16,909 nucleotides of DNA. It comes from Candidatus Zixiibacteriota bacterium (GTDB lineage Bacteria > Zixibacteria > MSB-5A5 > WJJR01). The notes under the pieces are model-generated. The model searched no databases, was not told the origin of the DNA, and worked only from the letters and a program-made list of their open reading frames with translations. Numbering within the stretch: the first letter of the stretch is position 1; every line of letters begins with the position of its first letter. Shown in pieces: positions 1 through 8,700 of the stretch. The stretch is from positions 1 to 16,909 of the forward strand of contig JAVHPP010000033.1 of assembly GCA_036170655.1 (NCBI GenBank), given 5' to 3'. The position numbers were made by a program, and so were the translations under genes.

Positions 1-1
1 C

Positions 2-649
2 TACATCGTCTATCCGTTGGTCGAGCAATCCGAAAAGTCGGACTTGAAGGCGGCGACCGAAGGCTACGAAGCCCTTTGCCAGCGCTTCCCCCAGCGGCGC
101 GTCGGTCTCGTTCATGGCCGGATAAAGTCTGCCGACCGTCTCGCCACTATGGAGCGGTTCTATCGTGGTGAACTCGACATTCTCGTCTCCACAACCGTGA
201 TCGAAGTCGGCGTCGATGCCCCCGCCGCCCGTCTGATGGTGATCGAGAACGCCGAACGATTCGGTCTCTCCCAATTACATCAGTTGCGCGGACGCATTGG
301 CCGCGGCCCCGGTGAGTCGATTTGTGTCCTGATGCTTGGCTCCGAGCCCAGCGTCATCGCCCGCGAACGTCTGGAAGTCATGTGCCGCACCAACGATGGC
401 TTCGAGATTGCTGAGACCGATCTGCGTCTGCGTGGCCCCGGCGAATTCCTCGGTACTCGTCAGCATGGCCTCCCTGAGTTCCAGATCGCCGACCTCTTGC
501 GCGACGCGATCCTGGTCGAGCCCGCCCGCAAAGCCGCTTGGGAAATCCTGCAATCCGATCCCCAACTGACCGCCCCCGACCACCAGTTGCTGCGCGAAGA
601 ATGGGAACGCCGCTTCACTGCGCGAACCGAGCTACTGGAGGCGGGATAA
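2..649 (+). CDS. recG: ATP-dependent DNA helicase RecG, C-terminal part (5' end lies outside the window)
   Basis: The frame is open from nt 2 (YIVYPLVEQSE). It has SF2/RecG motifs LVHGR, ILVSTTVIEVGVD, ENAERFGLSQLHQLRGRIGRG and the TRG motif DGFEIAETDLRLRGPGEFLGTRQHG. Stop TAA 647-649. Confidence 0.97.
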   Translation, partial: YIVYPLVEQSEKSDLKAATEGYEALCQRFPQRRVGLVHGRIKSADRLATMERFYRGELDILVSTTVIEVGVDAPAARLMVIENAERFGLSQLHQLRGRIGRGPGESICVLMLGSEPSVIARERLEVMCRTNDGFEIAETDLRLRGPGEFLGTRQHGLPEFQIADLLRDAILVEPARKAAWEILQSDPQLTAPDHQLLREEWERRFTARTELLEAG

Positions 650-650
650 G

Positions 651-671
651 AAATTCTTGGACCAAGATTTT
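651..671. repeat. 21-bp dyad immediately after the recG stop (weak terminator or protein-binding site)
   Basis: AAA-T-TCTTGG-A-CCAAGA-T-TTT, with 9 of 10 positions symmetric. It can also fold as TCTTG-GAC-CAAGA followed by TTTT. Confidence 0.4.
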
Positions 672-690
672 GGGGAAGGTTCTCTGCGTT

Positions 691-765
691 CGGGAGGACG
701 AGGCTCCTGCCGAGCCTCTTTTTGCGCCGCACGCGAAGAGGCTCGGCAGGAGCCTCGCCCTCCCG
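691..765. repeat. REP-like inverted doublet (30-bp arms, 15-nt spacer)
   Basis: 691-720 CGGGAGGACGAGGCTCCTGCCGAGCCTCTT and 736-765 AAGAGGCTCGGCAGGAGCCTCGCCCTCCCG are reverse complements at 29/30 positions. Each arm has its own small hairpin (AGGCTC-N5-GAGCCT). Confidence 0.88.
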
Positions 766-771
766 CGGCAG

Positions 772-908
772 GGCCTGTTGAAAAACCATCCAATCGTCTT
801 TCCCGCGAAAGCGGGAATCCATTTTCTCTGTTGCCTTCGCACTGGACCCCGCTTTCGCGGGGGTGACATCTTGGGGTGTTGGCCGCTCGTTAGGTTTTTC
901 AACAAGCC
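772..908. mobile_element. Non-autonomous miniature inverted-repeat element (MITE), 137 bp
   Basis: TIRs GGCCTGTTGAAAAACC (772-787) and GGTTTTTCAACAAGCC (893-908) match 15/16. Flanked by an exact direct repeat CGGCAG (766-771 and 909-914); an alternative parse is 771-909 with a 4-bp GGCA duplication. No transposase. The ends resemble IS1182/IS5-type DDE element termini (from recall, not searched). Confidence 0.8.
796..867. repeat. dRS3/RPE-like inverted palindrome pair inside the MITE
   Basis: GTCTTTCCCGCGAAAGCGGGAATCCA (796-821) and TGGACCCCGCTTTCGCGGGGGTGAC (843-867) are imperfect inverted copies. Each has a CCCGC-N4-GCGGG hairpin, matching the widespread GTCATTCCCGCGAAAGCGGGAATCCA-type repeat. 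Confidence 0.82.
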
Positions 909-946
909 CGGCAGCGTTGTGAGGGAAACTCCCCACGTGTCGCGGA

Positions 947-967
947 CAAGGGGCTTCCAGCCCCTTG
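947..967. repeat. Perfect 9-bp stem-loop (third palindrome family, REP-like singlet)
   Basis: CAAGGGGCT-TCC-AGCCCCTTG; extendable by GG/CC across one A-A mismatch (944-970). No U tract. Confidence 0.6.
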
Positions 968-992
968 ACCTCTGCCGGCAGAAGATCATTAT
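965..992 (+). promoter_or_regulatory. Possible sigma70 promoter upstream of DUF1844-murB
   Basis: TTGACC (965-970), 16-nt spacer, CATTAT (987-992). The spacer holds the perfect palindrome TCTGCCGGCAGA (971-982). A second, perfect TTGACA at 1033-1038 has no good -10. Confidence 0.3.
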
Positions 993-1132
993 CCCGGCCG
1001 TCCCCGAATCCGCACACAGTTGCACTGTGCCGTTGACAGACCCCTTGGAACTGCTTTTTTTCCACCGGGTCTGCGTTACGCCCCGGCCAGCTCGTCCGGC
1101 GTGTCGCGGCCACCGGACTGTGAGAGTGCTCA

Positions 1133-1462
1133 ATGACCGAATCCGAACATGATGATTTCGATCCTCTGTTCCTCCAGCTCCTCTCGTCGTTGTACTCTGC
1201 GGCCATGTCGCAGATGGGCAAGGTGATGAACCCCCTGACCGGAAAAGTCGAGCGGCAGATAGAAATGGCCAAGAGCACGATCGACCTCCTGGCAATGCTG
1301 GAAGTCAAGACATCGGGGAATCTCTCATCGGCAGAAAAGGGGTACCTGACACACGTGCTCTATGAGCTGCGAATGAACTACGTCGACGAGACCGAGCATC
1401 CTTCGACTGCCGCCGGGAACGCAGCGAGCAAACCCGATGCGCAACCAGCGCCGGAGGCGTAG
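1133..1462 (+). CDS. DUF1844 domain-containing protein
   Basis: 109 aa with the family pattern F..LLSSL...AM..MG...NPLTG......EMAK.TIDLL.MLE.KT.GNL...E...L...LYELRMNYV. Confidence 0.88.
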   Translation: MTESEHDDFDPLFLQLLSSLYSAAMSQMGKVMNPLTGKVERQIEMAKSTIDLLAMLEVKTSGNLSSAEKGYLTHVLYELRMNYVDETEHPSTAAGNAASKPDAQPAPEA

Positions 1463-1474
1463 GGGTGCACGGTT

Positions 1475-2509
1475 GTGCGCCCATTTCCCACGCACGAGGT
1501 ACTCTCGTCGGATGAAGTCATCCTTTCCATGACCGCAAATCACACTGACAAACCGAGGGCTGTCGGCACCGATTGGCCTTCTTGGACAGCGCCTCTCACC
1601 ACGGAGCTCAAGAGAGATGTCCCGCTCGGCCCGCTGACCACTTTGAAGATCGGCGGTCTCGCCGACTGGTACTTCCGTGCGGATACGGTGGATGATCTCG
1701 TTGCCGCCCTGTGTGCTGGCCGTGGATCGGGTCTGCCGGTTACTCTCTTGGGCGACGGATCGAATGTCCTGATCTCCGACAAGGGGATTCGCGGTCTCGT
1801 TATTCACAACCGTGCGAATCGCATCGAGCGCCGTGGCGACCACCTCTTCTCCGAAGGGGGATCGCTCTTGTCGGCGCTGGTCGATCGGTCACGCATGGAA
1901 GCCCTGACCGGTCTCGAGTTCGCGGCTGGAATCTACGGTACCGTCGGCGGCGCCATCTTCGGCAATGCCGGCGCCTATGGCAGATCAATCGCTGGCCTTC
2001 TCTGCGACGCCGAGATCTTGACCGGGGATGGTGAACGCCGCCGGGTTCTCCCCTCGGACTTCGAGTTTTCCTATCGCCAGTCGGCTTGCGGCCGCAAGAA
2101 GTGGGTGGTCCTCACGTCCGAAGTCGCTCTGGCTCCGGGAGACCGTGACACCATCGGCGCGGAGATCGATCGCATCATCGCCATCCGCGCGACGAAGCTC
2201 CCCGCCGATCTCCCCTCCGCCGGATCATACTTCAGGAACATTGAGGACCCCAAGGCCGAGCACGGGAAAGTTCCCGCCGGTCAGTTGCTCGAGGCCGTTG
2301 GCGCGAAGAACATGCGCGTCGGGGGAGCCGGAGTTTTCGGACGGCACGCCAATGTCATTGTGAACCTGGGGGGCGCCACCGCGGCCGATGTCCTGTGTCT
2401 CGCTGACCAGATGAAGACCGCCGTCCGGGATCGCTTCCATATCGAACTCCAAGCTGAAGTGCGATTCCTCGGGGAACCCCTTGATGCCCAGAGTGTAACA
2501 GGGTCGTGA
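1475..2509 (+). CDS. murB: UDP-N-acetylenolpyruvoylglucosamine reductase (start may be ATG 1529)
   Basis: Motifs TTLKIGGLAD, LGDGSNVL, GLEFAAGIYGTVGGA..NAGAYG, FSYRQS, PSAGSYFRN, HANVIVN.GGATA.DV and ELQAEVR. Confidence 0.95.
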   Translation: MRPFPTHEVLSSDEVILSMTANHTDKPRAVGTDWPSWTAPLTTELKRDVPLGPLTTLKIGGLADWYFRADTVDDLVAALCAGRGSGLPVTLLGDGSNVLISDKGIRGLVIHNRANRIERRGDHLFSEGGSLLSALVDRSRMEALTGLEFAAGIYGTVGGAIFGNAGAYGRSIAGLLCDAEILTGDGERRRVLPSDFEFSYRQSACGRKKWVVLTSEVALAPGDRDTIGAEIDRIIAIRATKLPADLPSAGSYFRNIEDPKAEHGKVPAGQLLEAVGAKNMRVGGAGVFGRHANVIVNLGGATAADVLCLADQMKTAVRDRFHIELQAEVRFLGEPLDAQSVTGS

Positions 2510-2529
2510 CGCGTGACGTTTCCCGTTCG

Positions 2530-2565
2530 GGTGAGCGATCGGCGCCACGTGCCGATCCAGTCACC
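2530..2565 (+). terminator. Stem-loop after murB (possible terminator or mRNA-stabilising hairpin, no U tract)
   Basis: GATCGGC (2537-2543) pairs with GCCGATC (2551-2557); outer pairing GGTGA (2530-2534) with TCACC (2561-2565). Confidence 0.35.
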
Positions 2566-2580
2566 ACAGATGTTTGGCTC

Positions 2581-2609
2581 TTGTCAGAAAGCCCCGGTTG
2601 AAGTATATT
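2581..2609 (+). promoter_or_regulatory. sigma70-type promoter for the sprA operon
   Basis: TTGTCA (2581-2586), 17-nt spacer, TATATT (2604-2609). Both boxes match consensus 5/6 and lie in a relatively AT-rich intergenic patch. Confidence 0.65.
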
Positions 2610-2713
2610 GACAACTGAGGGATTGGAACGCTTGGCAGACTGCAAGTTGCCGATCAAGATAAGGAGGTTCTATCGATCATTTTGATGGATTAGCGATCAC
2701 CCCGTAAGGGGGA

Positions 2714-5700
2714 GTGCGGCTGTTGTACGGCAGTTCAAAACTGAAAAGACCGTTCCACAGGTTCGTACTGTGGACTTCCGCTTATGCTTTCGCGTACGCG
2801 GCTGTGTTGTGCCTGCCAGTTTCCACCCAAGCCACCGTCGGGCTGTCGTTTTCTGGCGATCCATTCCAGCCCTTTCATCTCCCGTGGAAGTCAATCAGCG
2901 AAGATTCCATCCCGGTTTTTGAGGCCGGCACGCTTCTGATCTCGCCACAGGTCCAGAAGTCAGCAGGATCATCTGCCCAAGATCTTGACATTAAGACTTC
3001 CCTTTTGGGGCCGCGATCGGCGCTCCTGGCAGAGGCCGGTCCCATGTCCCTGGATCTTCAGACATTTCGCGCGTTTCAGGGACAGGAACAGGTCGTCAAA
3101 ACCTGGAACCGCGATGTCATGGCCCTGATGAAGAAGCCGGACCGGGACAAGCGCGGACCGTTGCGCATCGGTGTCGAGCTCCCGTCGGCAATGGCCAGTG
3201 TGGTCGGCGAGGGTGGCGCGGGCCTCCAAGTCTCCGGATACCGGAGGATCACATTCTCCGGCCGCTCGCAATGGAACAACACCAAAAACGTCTCCGCCGT
3301 CCGCCAGAGCAAGTTCCCCTCGCTGACGATGGAGCAGATCTCGCGCTTCACGGTCGAGGGCACAGTCGGATCCAAAGTCTCTGTCAAGGTGGATCAGGAT
3401 TCGAAGCGGCTGACCGATCTGGAAAACCGCATCCAGATCCGCTACAAGGGAGATGAAGATGATGTCCTCAAGACCATCGAAGCCGGGAACACAACCCTCT
3501 CCCTGCCCAACACCCAGTTCGTTGGCTACAGCCAGAGCATTCAAGGTCTGTTTGGTCTGAAAGCAAGTGCGCAGGTTGGTCCGATCGATGTGACCATGAT
3601 CACTTCGCAGGAGAAGGGCAACTCCGTGCGCAGCCGCTACACCGCCGGCGCCAACGAACAGGCGGTCACCATCCGCGACTACGAATATGCGCGCAACCGC
3701 TTTTACGATCTCGGCTGGCTCGGCGATGCGTTCTACGTCGAACCCGGTGACGTCATCGACACGTTCTACCTCTTTCAGGGGGTGGGAATCCAGCAGGAGT
3801 ACGGCGACCCGCTCGGCACGGCTTGGGTCAACGCCCTCGACACCACCCGCTTTCGGGGGTACGAAAGCGGCCAGAAGTACCGGCAGCTGAGGATCCAAAC
3901 CGACTATGTTCTGCTCAACGATCGTTTCTATGTCTACTTTCCCGTCGCCCGCAGTGGTTTCGAGAACACCGTGCTGGCTTACTACATGGTCGTCAGGAAA
4001 AAGGACGGCTCACTCGTGCGCTTCGGCGATGTATCGTCGGCTCCCTACCGCCTGCAGATGCTCAAGCCGGCTGTACCGACGCCGGCCGATCCACTCTGGA
4101 AAGCGGAATGGAAGAATGTCTACGACCTGCGCATTAAGCCGGGTACCGAGTACAATGACATTCAAACATTGGATATCTACATGGGCCAGCGGGGAACCGA
4201 GAACGACCCGGTCAACATCAACCATCAGAACAAGGTGCCCTATCTGGAACTCTTCGGACTAGATCGCACCGGCCCGAGCGGTTCCGGTGATCCGGACTCA
4301 AAAGTCGACCTCAAAGACGCGAACGGGAATGATATTCTCGACTTGAGCAACGGGCTGTTGATTTTTCCCGACCAGCGCCCATTTGATCCACCGGCCGGCA
4401 CACGCCATTCACCCCGCTTTCCAGATTCCACATTGCATGAAGCCGTGCCCACGATCTACGATTGGTCCAAGCCGCAGGACCGCATCGACTCCTCGAAATA
4501 CTTTATCAAGTTGGTGACTCGGTCCCGGTCGACCCGTGTCAACTTGGGCCATGTCAACATCCTGCCCCAGTCGGAAGTCGTGACGTTGAATAGCGCCAGA
4601 CAGGTAAGCGGCACGGATTATACCATCGACTACGAAATTGGCGAGATCACGTTCTTGAATGACAGAGTGCTCGACAAGAACGCAAGTCTCACCATCGATT
4701 ATGGGTATTCCCCGTTTCTGTCTGGCGACAAGCGGACGCTTTTGGGGTTGCGCAGCGAATACGCTCCAGGGCCGGACTTTCACACGGGCACGACCTTCCT
4801 CTACAAGGGGTCAAAGACAACCGACCGTCCGGCGCAGTTGGGTCAGGAGCCCTTCCGGGACATGGTTCTGGACTATGATGTCTACTGGAAAACCAGCCCC
4901 CGTTTCCTGACCAGAATGGCTGATGCTCTCCCGTTCGTGGAGACGCAGGCGCCGTCTAATCTGACGTTCGCCGCAGAAGTTGCGCGCTCGATGCCCAATC
5001 CCAATACGCAGGGACGCGTGCTGATCGATGATTTCGAAAGCGCGAAACGTTCCTCCAGCCTTGGCATCTTCCGTGAGGGATGGGCTATTGCCAGTCCCCC
5101 TCGCGACTCACTGGATTTCGCTTGGCATCGGCCCGCACGCGGTTTTTACGACCGCGGGTTCATCTGGTTCAATCCGTTGAAACAGTTCAACGAGACCGAC
5201 ATCTACAATCGTCAGGTACGCAACCAGTCGGAAAGCCGCACGCATGTCCTCGTTTTCGAATTCCGCCCCGGCAGCTCGCCGACCAAGGATTCGACCGGCG
5301 GCGCTTGGGGTGGAATCATGCGTGCCCTCCCCAAAGACGCATGGATCCAGTCGGGTGCGGAGTACATCGAACTGCGCATGGCCGTTGTCGGCAAAGTGCC
5401 GGGCAAGAGGACGGGGATGCTGCACATCGACTTGGGACGCATCAGCGAAGACGTGAATGCCAACGACACACTGGACACCGAGGACAAGAACGCGAACCTC
5501 ATTCTGGACCAAGGAGAGGACGTCGGACTTGATGGAAGACCAGATACTGCTGAAGTCAGTCCTGATGGCCGCCCCTGGAATGCGGCGACCAATCCCGATC
5601 CCGCCGGCGACAACTGGGAATGGGATCCGAATCAGGTCGATGCCTATGGCCGCTACAATTATGACCGGATTAACGGTACACAGGGAAATGAGTTGGACTA

Positions 5701-8700
5701 CCGGCACAGCATACCCGATACCGAAGACCTGAGCAGCGATCTTCAACTGGACAGACTCGATTCCTATTTCTCGTATAAAGTCGATCTCACCGAACCGGAC
5801 ACGACTATTCGGGTCGAAGCGTCACTGAAACGATCCTCAGACGTGACCGGGTACGCCAACGGTCAGTTGGAATGGTACACGTACAGAATTCCTCTCTGGA
5901 ATCCCGCGTATCCTTACGACAGGATCCACGCGTTCTCCGACTCGACTCCCAGCCCCAACAACATTCGGTACGCGCGCGTCTGGCTGTCGGACGCCGACAC
6001 GACAATGCGTCTCTATATCGCTGCCATGGACATTGTCGAGGGTGGATGGAAGGCGGCTGCCACGGCGGAAGGGAGCAAGTTCCGGGTCGCGGTCAAGAAC
6101 ACCGAAGAAAACACCGATTACGAGCCTCCTCCTGGTGTCAGTGGCTATCGAGATCCCACCACGAATGTCCGGGAGAAGGAACAATCCCTCGCGCTGGTTT
6201 ACGAAAATCTGCTGCCGGGAGACACCGGGAAAACCAGCCCCGGTTCGCAGCCCGCGCAAGATGTCACCGGATATCGCTATCTGAAGATGTATGTGCATGG
6301 CGATCGCGCGCTTCCGGCGGATACCGAAATGACATTCTACCTGCGATTTGGTCAGGACTCTAAGAACTGCTACTATTATAGCAATACGGTCCAGCCCGGT
6401 TGGGATGACAACAATCTCGTGGTCGACTTCGACCGACTCACCGCGTTCAAGGAGGATGTGCGCCGGAGCTCTCCGCCCGGTAAGACGCCGGCCGACACGT
6501 TCAGCGTCGCCGAGCATCTCGGCGTACGGGGCCAGCCCAGTCTTTCTCGGATCAGTTATCTGGAGATGGGAGTGGTTGCCACGGGCGACCCCGTGACGCG
6601 TCATTCCGGCGAAATCTGGTGTGACGAGTTGCGGCTCGATGCTGTCCGCAAAGACATTGGCACAGCGGGCCGGATCAGGGTCTCTTCGCAGATCGCTGAT
6701 CTGCTTCAAGTCACGGGAAACATCGATCAAAAAAACTACGCGTTCCGCACACTGAATGACGGGCGTGGCGGCAGCGTGCTCAATTCGTCGTCGGCCTTCT
6801 CGACCGGTTTCAACGGCGCCATCAGCCTTCAGAAGTTTTTCCCCGAAACCTGGGGTCTGGCGATACCTCTCAGTGTCAACTACAACAAGAACGTTGGCAC
6901 GCCCAAACTACTGACGGGCTCGGATGTCGTCCTCAGCCAGAATCAGCAGGAAGCCGCGCGATCAACGTCGATCACGGAAGGGGTCTCGACGGGGCTCAGT
7001 TGGACTCCCAAGACGAAGAACTGGCTCGTGTCATCCACACTCGGGGCCTTGAAGCTGTCGAACGCAAGCATGACCCGCCAACGCTCCTGGAGTCCGACGA
7101 CTCCTTATTCGATCACGGAGGGGTACAACGCCGGCGCCAGCTACGCGTTGACTTTCCCGCATCGTCTCACCTTTCCCCCGCTCTATTGGATGCGCTTCCT
7201 GCTGGCTCCCAAGCGCCTCTATAACACCCCGCTGTCGCTGTTGCCGACTGATTTTTCCGCGAGCGGAACTGTCTCGCGCAGCAAGTCAACGACCGTCAAT
7301 AGTAGTTATCTGTTGACGCACGTTTACGCGCGGGACTTCAACGGCAATGCTCGTGTCGGGTTGAAGCCCCTACCGGCTCTGACGATTGGCTACAACATGA
7401 CCACGTCGAGGGACGTGAGTCGTCCGGAGGAACTCAAGTTCTCCTTCAATCCCAAGATTGGCCGAGAAACCCGGTTCAACGAGCGGCTCACGGCTGACTA
7501 CAAACCGTACGTCTTCTCGTTCTTTTCACCGTCGTTCAACTACAGCGCCGACTTTAATGACCAGATGACCTATCTGACCAATATCGTTCATGATGTCCAA
7601 CGTAACCGGCAGGCGACTGTCGGTGGCACGTTCGATCTCCCGAAGTTCTGGTCATTCTTGGGAAAGGCAAAGCCGAAACCCAAAGCTCCAGGCAAGTCCG
7701 GCTCCCGGTCGGGAGACAAACAGACTAATACGACACATCCGATGTCAGATCTGGACATCAAGGCAGAGGGATCGAAGCCCGAACAACCGAAGGGCGACGA
7801 AGACAAGCCATCGGTACATCATGATGGGTCGGCCCCGCTCGTGGGACCGGTGAACGATGACCACGGTACAGAAGCTGCGAACGCGCCATCGCGCCCCGAT
7901 GTTTTCGGCCCGCCTTCGCCGGACACAACCAAGAAGGGCGCCCGTCCAGGCGAACCACACCGATTGGGTGGTGGCTTTGGACCTGTCGTCGCCTGGCAGG
8001 GCCTCCTCAGCGGGCTGGACTGGATCACATCCCCGATTGGTCCCACGTCCGTGTCCTATACCCGTCGCGACGGCAACACGCTGTCTCTGGGTGAGCGACC
8101 TTCGAAGCAATTTCAATTCGGTTTCAGCAGCGATCCCAACGCACCGGTCGGGCCCGGCAGTTCTTCAAGGCCGCCATCGTCCTCGAACAGCTACGAGTTC
8201 AACGTCAAGAACCAGTTGCGCATCGCCAACATTCTCACGTTTGGCAATGGCTACGCCTACGTCCAGTCGGAACGCAAACAAAGCGGGAGCACATCTGTAA
8301 CCCGGGGACAGACTTTCCCCAGTCTCTCGACCTCGCTGGATCGCATCGAGCGGTTTAAGCCCGTCGGCATGGTCTTTACCAGCGCCAACCTCCGCTTCGG
8401 TTATAACAAGAAATGGGATGAATCGCAGACGGGTAGCGCGCTCAAGACCCGCAACACAACCTCGGCCTTCTCACCGTTGATTTCTCTGACAGGCACCATT
8501 AAGAAGGGCGTGCGTTTCTCCTTCACGGCCGAACGAAGCGCTTCCCAGACACACACCGCAGAGGCTGGCGGCAGCGACACTCAATCGAAGACGCGTTCCT
8601 GGCGCGCTAATGCGGACTACGCTTTCCGCTCCCCCAAAGGGATTCCCCTGCCTTTCTTGCGCGGCCTGAAACTCAATTCCCAGTTATCAGTCACGCTCTC

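Noticed and set aside
651..1030. Possible CRISPR array or attC cassette array
   Set aside because: The palindromes belong to different families and are inverted pairs, not identical direct repeats with regular spacers. No cas or integrase gene is nearby.
1033..1061. Perfect TTGACA as a promoter
   Set aside because: The -10 position holds only a T run with no conserved A; not supportable alone.
460..1308. Long ORFs across the intergenic region (460-1308 -, 538-1152 +, 615-1295 -)
   Set aside because: They are translations of the palindromic repeats (EGEAPAEP, PAKAG, MDSRFRGKD, WIPAFAG), overlap recG and DUF1844, and show no transposase or other domain.
2608..2640. Second TTGACA overlapping the sprA -10 box
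   Set aside because: No -10-like hexamer 16-18 nt downstream.
2714..2845. SprA itself as a Q-rule substrate (…PVST-QA…)
   Set aside because: Cleavage after T-Q-A fits the signal peptidase I -3/-1 rule better, which would leave Thr rather than Gln at +1. This needs SignalP or proteomics to settle.
2969..6730. Antisense ORFs of 200-310 aa within sprA (2969-3898, 5108-5746, 5837-6730)
   Set aside because: Typical shadow ORFs of a GC-rich coding strand with no recognisable motifs.
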